From Bdellovibrionota bacterium (GTDB taxonomy: Bacteria > Bdellovibrionota_C > UBA2361 > OMII01): a stretch of DNA of 64,000 bases. The notes under the pieces are model-generated. The model saw only the letters and a program-made list of their open reading frames with translations, ran no database searches and had not been told where the DNA came from. The stretch is from contig JBIJBE010000007.1 of NCBI GenBank assembly GCA_044345405.1, forward strand, positions 1-64,000, in the 5' to 3' direction. Every line of letters begins with the position of its first letter. The first letter of the stretch is position 1. Shown here in pieces: positions 1-8,847 of this stretch. The translations under genes and the position numbers were made by a program.

Positions 1-1022
1 AATGGCGAGGGCGTTCACTGTGCCACTCGTCCCCGTTCCCAGCGCAGACCACGAGGTCCCGTTCCATTTTGCTATCCTGTTTACGGTGGTGCCCCCGGCC
101 GTCGTGAAAACTCCCCCGGCATACAGGTTTCCACTTGAGTCAATGGCGAGGGCGTTCACTGTGTTATTCATCCCCGTCCCCAGCCCAGACCACGAGGTGC
201 CGTTCCATTTTGCTATCCTGTTTGCGGTGGTGCCCCCGGCCGTCGTGAAAGATCCCACCGCATAGAGGTTTCCACTTGAGTCAAAGGTGAGGTCGCGCAC
301 TCCGCCACTCATCCCCGTTCCCAGCGCAGACCACGAGGTGCCGTTCCATTTGGCTATCCTGTTTACGGTGGTGCCCCCGGCCGTCGTGAAATCCCCCCCC
401 CGCATAGAGGTTTCCACTTGAGTCAATGGCGAGGGCGGACACACTGTTATCCATCCCCGTTGCCAGCCCAGACCACGAGGTGCCGTTCCATTTTGCTATC
501 CTGTTTACGGTGGTGCCCCCGGCCGTCGTGAATTCTCCCCCGGCATAGAGGTTTCCGCTTGAGTCAATGGCGAGGGCGGACACCCAGATATTCATCCCCG
601 TCCCCAGCGCAGACCACGAGGTGCCGTTCCATTTGGCTATGTAGTTTGCGGTGGTGCCCCCGGCCGTCGTGAAAGATCCCCCGGCATAGAGGTTTCCACT
701 TGAGTCAATGGCGAGGGCGAGCACTTGGCCATTCATCATCCCCGTCCCCAGCGCAGACCACGAGGTGCCGTTCCATTTGGCTATCCTGTTTACGGTGGTG
801 CCGCCGGCCGTCGTGAAAGTTCCCCCGGCATAGAGGTTTCCACTTGAGTCAATGGCAAGGGCTACCACTGTGCTATTCATCCCCGTCCCAAGCGCAGACC
901 ACGAGGTGCCGTTCCATTTGGCTATGTAGTTTACGGTGGTGCCCCCGGCCGTCGTGAATTCTCCCCCGGCATAGAGGTTTCCACTTGAGTCAATGGCGAG
1001 GGCGCGCACTATGCTATTCATC
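1..1022 (-). repeat. Coding tandem repeat, 141-bp unit, at least 7 copies
   Basis: Anchor GAGTCAA at 137, 278, 420, 561, 702, 846 and 987, giving spacings 141, 142, 141, 141, 144, 141. Confidence 0.95.
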
Positions 1023-1873
1023 CCCGCCTGCGCGAAATTGAGTGACCCATATTCCCCACCTGAGCCCGCGATATTCCACGCAGATCCATCATATTGATGC
1101 GCGATCACATTAGTGCCGCTCTCCCCCGAAACCGCCGCCAACATCTTTCCTGAGGCAAGGGGAACCATCGAGACATTTGAGACGGCGATAGCTGGCTTGC
1201 CGATTGAGGTGGCGGTATCAAAGGTCAGCGTTGAGGACCCGGCGTTGGTAGTTCTTAGAGCTGTGAGGAGGTAGCGGTCTCCTACATTCCCTAGATCCTT
1301 AAACGCCGCAGTCCACACCTTATCGTTTGAATCGAGTGCTACGTGCGGAAGGATATATTTGTCGCTCGCTGATGTTCCATCAAGAACGGTAACTTCGCTA
1401 TCAAAGGTTATAGAAGCGCCAGAGATAGTTCCCCGTCGCATGATAACGTCATACGTGTTCGCCTCCGAGACAAGGAACACATACGACGTGCCAGAGATTA
1501 TCTTAAATGCTACCGAGAAGTTTGCGGTGTTGTATGAGAGCGTGCCGCGAGAGGTCCACGTTGCAGCGTCCGGTGATGACGCGTACTCCACCGCGGTTCC
1601 GTTGTAGAAGAATGCCCAGTGGAGGTTAGAGCCTGAGTCGAAGAAGTTTTTGCGGGCTCCCGGTGTTGTCGAATTCGTGGATGACGATGAACCAACAACT
1701 GAGACCTGCGCGTGCGCGACGAGTGGTGTGATGAGTGTATAGACGGAGAGAAGACAAAGAAGGACCACAGCGGCATTCACGCCACTGAGAATTTTCGAAC
1801 GCACATCGGCAACCGCCTGAGTGAGAGAGGCCCGACTATGGGCGCGGTCTCTCCATCTGTATAAGGGAACCAT
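1..1873 (-). CDS. Secreted repeat (probable beta-propeller) protein with 47-aa ALAIDSSGNLYAGG..KWNGTSWSALG repeats; +1 frameshift at a G9 tract (393-401); runs off the left edge
   Basis: ORF 281..1873 has a signal-peptide-like segment ending AHA-Q, a Ser/Thr-rich beta domain and then repeats. The repeat translation continues without a stop in the shifted frame from about 390 to position 1 (…GMSGGVRDLTFDSSGNLYAVGSF…GMNNTVNALAIDSSGNLYAGGVF…). Confidence 0.85.
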
Positions 1874-2360
1874 ATAGCCCCGGTCGTCATATTAATTCCG
1901 GGGGTTTAGAGTTTTTTTCTCTTTGCGTCTGTTGTATCGACAGCTTCAAGAGGCGAGACCGTTAGCCTGTACTTCTTGATACTTACCTAGGCTGCAAAAT
2001 GCGCAAAAATGAACACACCGGGTGAATCTCCGATATTTTGGGGAGGTGCTATGCGAGTTTATCGTAGGGGGTCTTGATTCGGGTGCCTGCTCCTTAACCT
2101 GCCCCAAGCTATTTCTCTCAGAGACCGCGTGCGAAGGGGCCGTGCTCACCATGATTTAAAATCATCTTCCCATTTTAGCGAATCCGAAGGGTTATGGACG
2201 GCGCGCCGCTGCAACTCATAACCTGACATCGCAATTGATATGTTTTGAAAACTCATGAACTGACGGGTCGCATAAAAATTAGTTGCAAGAAAATGTCGGT
2301 AACTTTCTAAACACTTTGAGATCTACTGGTACGATTTGAAATCCTATGGCGCCAGGCTTT

Positions 2361-2390
2361 TTACCGCGCAGTCTCTTACCGCGCAGTCTC
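2361..2390. repeat. Perfect 15-bp tandem duplication (TTACCGCGCAGTCTC x2)
   Basis: Read directly in the intergenic DNA. Confidence 0.85.
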
Positions 2391-2454
2391 TGAGAGAAAA
2401 AGTTGGGGAATAGTCGCCCCTCCGTTGTGCTAGCCGTAAACCGCCTGAAATATC

Positions 2455-4512
2455 CTACATCGAATTCCCCACCGTCTCCTCCTTCATAATGAAGGTCGAG
2501 AGGGTGGCGGTCGGCACGGCGCCATCGGCGACGAGGGTCGCCTCCTCGGTCGATGCCTCTGTCGAGGCTTCAGCGCCGCCGCCCTCAGGCGACGCAGACG
2601 GTTCATCTGCGCCACCGGAATCACTAACGCCAGATGGCCCAGTCGATGCGGAAGCGAGCTGGCTCAGGAATGAATTGGAGATATCTGACTCGAAAACCTC
2701 AGTAACCTCCCCCGCCTTGTGTTTCTTTCGCAATCCTTTGACCGCTCGATTGCCACCAAGGATCGAAACAAGACGTTCAAGGTCAGAGAGCGTGAGCTCG
2801 CTCATCACGCGCTTGTACAGCATGGAGCGGGGGTTCAAAAAACTTTGAAGACGCGCCGAGAGATCTCGAATGAGCAAACGGACCTCGCGTCGTGCGAGTA
2901 GCTCGCGAGCAGAGAGCGCGGTCTGTCTCGTTCCTCCCTTCCCCATCTTTGTTTCAGCCCTGAGACCTTTAATCTTGACGATATCTTTCAGCGGAAGCGA
3001 CTTAATTCGCTCGATGATCTTTTGAGCCCGGGCTCGAATCGCGAGCGCTACCTGCACATCTTTGGGGCGATCAAATCGTTCCAGTCGAATCCCTTTTATT
3101 TCTTTGGGAGAGAGTCCGCGAAGATGGGCAAGCATCGTAGAAACCCGCTGCACGGGTGGCGCAAGCACAGCACGACCGTTTACCACGACGCGTCCATCAG
3201 GAGAGAGAGTCGTCGCCCCCTTCACCCGATTTCCTGCGACAGGTCCTTCGGCACGGGGTCCTCCCACACGAGGACCGCCAGCTCTCGCGAGCTGTTCACC
3301 GGGCGCTCTTACCCCGTTAGGTCGAACGGCCTGCGTGGAACGTGCGGTGGGTCGAGTGCCGGGCGTAGTAGTCGCGCCTCGAGATACGGCCGCACCGCGG
3401 GCTGGGGCGCCCGCAACGGAAGCAACCCGCTGCACGGTTGCCGCGATACCTCTCTCAGAGGGCATCCCGACTCGCGGAGAGGACGTCGCCGCGCCGGCGC
3501 GAGCCACAGACGGGGCGAGGGGCACGCTTGAGGAAGGAACCAATGCGCGTTGCGAGACCGAATACGACGCTGATTGCGGAGGTGTGGGGAGGCTTCGCGC
3601 GACAACGGCGGCAGGAGTCGCAGAAGCCTGCTGTGAAGGTAGTGTCGGGGAGGATCCCGCAGGTGCCGCTACCTTTGCGACAGCGGAGACGACGGAAGCT
3701 TCAACGGGAGCCGCTTGACGTCGTTCAACGGTCTCAACTCGTTGCGTCTGTGGTTCACTCGTTACCTTCCGCTGCTCGGCACCGACCTCTGAGCGCACCG
3801 CTTTGGCTACCTCGGCAACCGTTTCCTTAACGAGCTCGGGACCGCGCTCCTTTATGGAGGCCTCAGCACTCTTCGAGCCCTCTTGAGCTGCGGATGATTT
3901 CTGCTCTACCGCCGCTTCCTTTGTGGTCTCGTGCGAGCCCCCCTTGTGGACCGGCTCTGAGGATTGAGGCCTCGCCTCTGGCGCGGCTGCGCTCGCCATA
4001 CTCAAGCCAAAGAGCGGATTCGCGTCTTGGGCCTGTTTGATGAAAACCTCGGTACGACTTTGCAGCTCAGATACAAAGGGAACGGCGGTCGAGCCGCTCA
4101 CGTGCTCTTTCACAAGTGCGTTGACCCTCATCGCGGCTTCGCCTAGCTCGGCGACCTGTTGTGCCGTTGGCTGAGCTCCAGCTTGCGCGGCCTTCACGTG
4201 GAGATCAACCATGGCCGCGCCGACCGTGACCACGGCTTGAGCTTCTGAGAACCCGGGTTTAGATTCCATGACATTTATGAGACCGGCGACAGCTGCTTTC
4301 AGCTCCGCGGCGTCCTCACTGGTCACCGTGGAAGGGAGCTTGCCCATAGCCTCGGGAACCTGTTGCTGCACATCCTTCGCGTCCACTGTTCCATCGCGCA
4401 CAGCTTCGGCGAGATCGCGTAGAATCTGCACAGGACCGTGACAACAAGCCCGAAATTGCGGGGTTTCCGGAGCTTGCTGAACCTGCCCAAAATCGAAGGT
4501 AAAATCCGACAT
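2455..4512 (-). CDS. Hypothetical 685-aa protein: N-terminal CCHG motif, helical N-domain, Ala/Ser/Pro-rich linker, basic domain, acidic tail
   Basis: Long ORF starting 20 bp after the stop of the GTPase gene; no recognisable family. Confidence 0.7.
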   Translation of the reverse strand: MSDFTFDFGQVQQAPETPQFRACCHGPVQILRDLAEAVRDGTVDAKDVQQQVPEAMGKLPSTVTSEDAAELKAAVAGLINVMESKPGFSEAQAVVTVGAAMVDLHVKAAQAGAQPTAQQVAELGEAAMRVNALVKEHVSGSTAVPFVSELQSRTEVFIKQAQDANPLFGLSMASAAAPEARPQSSEPVHKGGSHETTKEAAVEQKSSAAQEGSKSAEASIKERGPELVKETVAEVAKAVRSEVGAEQRKVTSEPQTQRVETVERRQAAPVEASVVSAVAKVAAPAGSSPTLPSQQASATPAAVVARSLPTPPQSASYSVSQRALVPSSSVPLAPSVARAGAATSSPRVGMPSERGIAATVQRVASVAGAPARGAAVSRGATTTPGTRPTARSTQAVRPNGVRAPGEQLARAGGPRVGGPRAEGPVAGNRVKGATTLSPDGRVVVNGRAVLAPPVQRVSTMLAHLRGLSPKEIKGIRLERFDRPKDVQVALAIRARAQKIIERIKSLPLKDIVKIKGLRAETKMGKGGTRQTALSARELLARREVRLLIRDLSARLQSFLNPRSMLYKRVMSELTLSDLERLVSILGGNRAVKGLRKKHKAGEVTEVFESDISNSFLSQLASASTGPSGVSDSGGADEPSASPEGGGAEASTEASTEEATLVADGAVPTATLSTFIMKEETVGNSM

Positions 4513-4532
4513 AACCTATCGCGCCACCAAAC

Positions 4533-6146
4533 CTATGAACGAAGTGCTCCCTTATGCGTCTGAAAGGCAGGATCTTTTTTCTGTTCAAGTGTGGCGTAGG
4601 CCGCGTCGATCGCCTCCTGGTTTATATAGCCAGCATCTCGTGCCCGCGAGAGCGTTTGTGCGAACAATTTGATCTCATCCCGAGCGAGCTCTTTACGCCC
4701 CTCGAATCGAAGGTGTGGAATCACCCCAACCGTTACAAGCAGCCTCGCCACAGGTTTGATCTGCTTCATCGTCACGACCAGGGGCGAGATGTGCGGATGA
4801 CTTGAGAAAATCCGCAGGTCAGGATCGCAGAGTATGTCAGTCAGAGCGTAATAGGCGTTAAAGAGCCCGAGAGCTTTCTGAGGAGGATCAATGGGGGCGG
4901 CCGGCAACGTCTTCAGCACAGCAAAGCGTGCTTCGATGCTTCCTTTCAACGCGGCGACAAACGCGTTGCCGAGCTCCTGTTGTCGGACGGGATCCGAGAT
5001 GTTTCTGATGTAAGGAAGGATTACCCTCAATTCCGTCAGCAATCGATCAGACTCAAAACCAAGGGGCACCGCACCCGAGGCTATCGATCGCGCAAGATCC
5101 GCCTCTTTTGGATATCCCGCGACGACCTGCTGAACAAAGTCCGGACTACTATCAACAGTCCCAAGGTGCGCGGCGATCTCTCCGGCATACCTACTCAACT
5201 GCACTTTGAAGGAACGGAGGGAGAGATAACCACCGGATTCAGAAGCGCCTCCTTGCTTCAACACGTAGCGATTCCCCTCTTGGATGATATCGATCCCAGT
5301 GCCGTTTGCGAGAGAGCCCTTCACGCGGGAGATCTCGATACCTTTGCGAGCGAGCGCGTTCACGCCATCGAGGATCGCCTGCGACTGTGATGCGTAGGGT
5401 CGAACGGTAATTTCAGAGTAATTTTGAACGAGCGCTGCCCGCTCATCCTTGAAATCCGTGGACGTTTTCGAACCACCACCGAAGATCGCCCCAAGCGCTT
5501 TCAGCACGCCCCCCTTTGAGGGGTGCCTGCTCTCCAGCATCGATTGCCACAGCGGTGCGGGGAGGGGCCGATGTGGGTCGTTATCGACGAGAACCGGCAC
5601 TGGAGATAGGTCTCCACGAGCGGTCGTGATGATACGTTGCGCCTTCTGCGCCGCTTCACTTCCCGGTTGTTGGTGGGTAATTAAAACGACATCCGCGTCT
5701 CGAATCCCCTGAACGTGAGTCGCTGGGGCGTTTTGAAACTGCGCCGGATTAAACACAAACACAACGATATTGTTGTGCCCTCGCTGTCGCAACCCGCCCT
5801 TGATGTCACTCGTGATGGAGAGCGGGGACTGCTCAATAAAGGTGAGTTTTCGGCCCTGTGTAGCGAATGTCTCAATTCCGGCAAGAACATCGGAGAGTTG
5901 CGAGCAGCACGCGCATCCATGGAGACCTAACTTTTCAAATCCCTTCGGGAGGCGCGCAAGATCAATGTCGACGGAGCCTTGATTTCGCTCGTTAACGATC
6001 ACTCCAACTTCTTTGATATTTTGAGAGAGCCCCTGCAACGCCCGGCCGATCGTCTGCGTTTTTCCGGACCCACCCCACCCCGAGACAACGACAACGGTAG
6101 GCTGCGCGAACATCTGCAACGAAGTGTGAGTAACTGGTGATTGCAT
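4533..6146 (-). CDS. CobW/COG0523-like (G3E) P-loop GTPase/metallochaperone, divergent, with a long C-terminal extension
   Basis: Walker A GWGGSGKT, VNE, CxCC motif GCACC and CobW_C-type RVKG. The G3 and G4 positions are altered (IEQSP, ITHQQ). Confidence 0.75.
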   Translation of the reverse strand: MQSPVTHTSLQMFAQPTVVVVSGWGGSGKTQTIGRALQGLSQNIKEVGVIVNERNQGSVDIDLARLPKGFEKLGLHGCACCSQLSDVLAGIETFATQGRKLTFIEQSPLSITSDIKGGLRQRGHNNIVVFVFNPAQFQNAPATHVQGIRDADVVLITHQQPGSEAAQKAQRIITTARGDLSPVPVLVDNDPHRPLPAPLWQSMLESRHPSKGGVLKALGAIFGGGSKTSTDFKDERAALVQNYSEITVRPYASQSQAILDGVNALARKGIEISRVKGSLANGTGIDIIQEGNRYVLKQGGASESGGYLSLRSFKVQLSRYAGEIAAHLGTVDSSPDFVQQVVAGYPKEADLARSIASGAVPLGFESDRLLTELRVILPYIRNISDPVRQQELGNAFVAALKGSIEARFAVLKTLPAAPIDPPQKALGLFNAYYALTDILCDPDLRIFSSHPHISPLVVTMKQIKPVARLLVTVGVIPHLRFEGRKELARDEIKLFAQTLSRARDAGYINQEAIDAAYATLEQKKDPAFQTHKGALRS

Positions 6147-6237
6147 GGCGAGAATCTGTACTGCGTAAAGGTTTGGAACTTCAGCACTACCCGAAGAAGT
6201 TCCTGGTTAAATATCCTGGGGTGGTCAGGAAACCTAC

Positions 6238-6567
6238 TCACTCGCTCGCAATCGCTTTCGCGGCCGCGGCGAGTTTGTCCAACTTTCCCTGCCTCCATGC
6301 GTGAAACACACGGAAGAGGAACATCAACCCGAACACCGCGTGAATCCACGCCGGTATAAAAAGTTGATCGATGTGCAGCGTCTGAACGATCGTCCATTCG
6401 CCGCTGTAGTGGCCGAGCGCCTGAAGCCCCGCGAGGGGCATCCAGACGAAAAAGATCCCCATGCACAGGGGATCCTTTTTGGCCACAGCCGCTCCAGCTG
6501 GCCCGATGATAAGGCCGAGCAGAGCCGCAACCGCCCCCTGACAAAGGGGACAACCTGGGTACAACAT
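6238..6567 (-). CDS. Small membrane protein (about 3 TM) with an N-terminal CPLC motif
   Basis: 109-aa hydrophobic ORF with an SD-like AAGGA 10 nt before the ATG and a promoter upstream. Confidence 0.65.
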   Translation of the reverse strand: MLYPGCPLCQGAVAALLGLIIGPAGAAVAKKDPLCMGIFFVWMPLAGLQALGHYSGEWTIVQTLHIDQLFIPAWIHAVFGLMFLFRVFHAWRQGKLDKLAAAAKAIASE

Positions 6568-6613
6568 GATGGGATGGTCCTTTCTACGAAGGGCTACAAA
6601 ACCTTCGCAAAAC

Positions 6614-6658
6614 TAGGTAGTTGTTATGCAATTGGAAGTCAACGCGACGAATTGTCGC
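6614..6658 (-). promoter_or_regulatory. Sigma70-type promoter (TTGACT-N17-TACCTA) with an adjacent RegA/PrrA/RegR-type box GCGAC-N5-GTCGC (6644-6658)
   Basis: Minus strand reads GCGACaattcGTCGC g TTGACT tccaattgcataacaac TACCTA. The box matches the GCGNC...GNCGC consensus of RegA-family regulators. Confidence 0.7.
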
Positions 6659-6827
6659 AGTGATCAGGGTTAGGCCGCGGGGCAGCTAGCGAAATACATA
6701 TAGAAATGGGGGTTAATCGTGATCGATATGGTCCTCTTCTCGACCGGAACCGCAATTTTTAGGGTTCCGGACCTTTTGAATTCCCGTAAACGAGACTAGA
6801 ATTCCAGCGGTTTGGAGCACCTATCTG

Positions 6828-8075
6828 ATGATACCTATTTCCGAAGAGGGCCTAAAATTTCGGTGGCTCGCCGGCGCGCGGTGGCTCACGATCCTCGGGC
6901 TTTTTCTGGCGTTCCTAGTTGGGCACTGGGTACTTGGATTCACCTTCGATGTGGAGCCATTCATCAACATCCTTCTCATCTTCGTCGCCAGTAATATCGC
7001 GTTGTACATCCCCACGATCCCTCCTTCGAATAGGCTCATTTCGATTACCATCATCGCTGATGTCATTCTCTTAACAGTTTTTCTCTACTTCTATGGTGGT
7101 TCCACGAATCCCCTGAGCTCGATCTATTTTCTCTACGTGATCCTGGCTTCCATCCTACTCCCTCCGATATCGGGATGGATCACCGCGACATCGTCATCTC
7201 TGTGCTTCGGTTCGCTGTTCTTCTTATTCGTGCCGATCCCTGAACTCACCGATGGCCATAACCACCACCAGCACGGGTTTTCAACGCACCTTCAGGGAAT
7301 GCTCATCACCTTCTCCTTCACCGCGTTCGTTATCGTGTATTTCGTAACCCGATTGAGCGCCGGGCTACGAACGCGAGAGTCCACGCTCGAAGCGCTCCGG
7401 GAGAAGAATCGTCATAGCGAGCGACTCGCCGGGTTGACCACTCTAGCCGCCGGGGCCGCCCACGAGCTTCGCAATCCCCTTGCCACCATCAGCATATCTA
7501 TTGATGAGCTTGCGCGGGAATTGGAGCAAAGCCCCTTACATCAGGATATGATCGTAGAAGCACGCAGCGTTCAATCAGCGGTCGGGCGGTGTCAAAGGAT
7601 CATCGATGAGCTGTGCCGTAACGCGGGCGTTGTCGGAGGCGAGCCGATTACAACAACTTCGATAAACCAGATCATCGATCAAGTACTGGAATATCTCCCT
7701 GCGCCAGAGCTGTGTGAAGTGAAGATGGATCAATCGACCGATGGAACTCCCGTCAAAATGTTCACATCGAGCTTAGTACAAGCGCTCCTCTCACTTGTTC
7801 GGAACGGATTAGAATATGGCAACGTTACCCTTGAGGTAAGCCGTGCGGCTGACATGATTCGCTTCGTTGTGAGAGATAACGGCCCAGGAATTCCTCACGA
7901 GATTCTTCCGCGTCTTGGAGAGCCTTTTTTCACAACCAAGGGCGCTGGAAAAGGTATGGGATTAGGGATCTTCATAACTAAAACTTTCGCTGACCGCCTT
8001 GGAGGCTCGCTCTCCTTCGCCTCTGAGTTGAATAAAGGCACCACGGCGACTCTGTGCGTTCCGGACCTATCATGA
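6828..8075 (+). CDS. regB: RegB/PrrB/ActS-family sensor histidine kinase
   Basis: About 6 TM segments, GGSTNPL (GGxxNPF-like quinone motif), H-box AAHELRNPL, RC redox-cysteine box, HATPase N/G1/F/G2 boxes, and a His-rich loop DGHNHHQHG. Confidence 0.88.
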   Translation: MIPISEEGLKFRWLAGARWLTILGLFLAFLVGHWVLGFTFDVEPFINILLIFVASNIALYIPTIPPSNRLISITIIADVILLTVFLYFYGGSTNPLSSIYFLYVILASILLPPISGWITATSSSLCFGSLFFLFVPIPELTDGHNHHQHGFSTHLQGMLITFSFTAFVIVYFVTRLSAGLRTRESTLEALREKNRHSERLAGLTTLAAGAAHELRNPLATISISIDELARELEQSPLHQDMIVEARSVQSAVGRCQRIIDELCRNAGVVGGEPITTTSINQIIDQVLEYLPAPELCEVKMDQSTDGTPVKMFTSSLVQALLSLVRNGLEYGNVTLEVSRAADMIRFVVRDNGPGIPHEILPRLGEPFFTTKGAGKGMGLGIFITKTFADRLGGSLSFASELNKGTTATLCVPDLS

Positions 8076-8614
8076 ACAATACATCACTCGCCCCAAAAAA
8101 ATTACTCATCGTAGACGATGACGAACTCTATCGAGAGAGTCTGGTTCGTGCCCTCTCTCGGAGGGGAATTCAGGCCAATGGAGCGCTCTCTTTGGCCACA
8201 GCTCGCGCGATGGCAGCACAGTTCTCGCCCGACGGCGCGGTTGTTGATCTGAAACTTGGTAACGAGTCTGGACTCGACGTCGTGCGCGAGCTCCTGAAAG
8301 AATATCCCAAGCTTAACGTTGTGGTGCTGACAGCGTATGGCACAATCGCGACCGCGCTGGAGGCTGTCAAACTGGGCGCCATGAATTATCTCACCAAGCC
8401 CGTTCAGGTCGAACATATTCTCGCCGCGTTCAACGGATCATCTCCCAGCTCTAAGACCCTCTCCGCCATCCCCTCGGCGGAGCAGGTTGAGTGGGACTAT
8501 ATCAACCGAACGGTTCACGAATATGGCGGCAACGTGACACGGGCGGCGCAAGCGCTGGGACTCCATCGCCGTTCACTGCAGCGCAAACTAAAGAATCCTC
8601 CGCCTATTAAATAG
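8072..8614 (+). CDS. regA: RegA/PrrA/ActR-family response regulator
   Basis: REC domain (VDDD, VDLKL, LTAYG, YLTKP) plus the Fis-type HTH VEWDYI…NVTRAAQALGLHRRSLQRKL. ATGA overlap with the kinase stop. Confidence 0.92.
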   Translation: MNNTSLAPKKLLIVDDDELYRESLVRALSRRGIQANGALSLATARAMAAQFSPDGAVVDLKLGNESGLDVVRELLKEYPKLNVVVLTAYGTIATALEAVKLGAMNYLTKPVQVEHILAAFNGSSPSSKTLSAIPSAEQVEWDYINRTVHEYGGNVTRAAQALGLHRRSLQRKLKNPPPIK

Positions 8615-8847
8615 GGATCTCCACCTCAAAGCACAGGTAGAAGTATCCCGGTGCTGTGGTCCGCAAACCGCCATTCTGCTACAACGACTGCAAGATAGAT
8701 GGTATAGACCCGATGAAGCTCAAATCGATGTACGTAAAAAAGAGCTAAACTCTTTCGTGAAGAAAACCGCGTCCGCGTCTAGCGAAGAACATCACGATGC
8801 AGTTGATGGTATCAACGACCATAGCAACGGCTACCCCGAGGCAACGA

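Noticed and set aside
1-1022. 141-bp repeats as a CRISPR or other non-coding array
   Set aside because: Unit lengths are multiples of 3 (apart from the G9 slip), they translate into a coherent protein repeat, there are no unique spacers and no cas genes are present.
2041-2077. Strong SD (GGGAGGT) plus an 8-codon ORF MRVYRRGS on the + strand
   Set aside because: Too short, antisense to both neighbours and without other support; may be chance.
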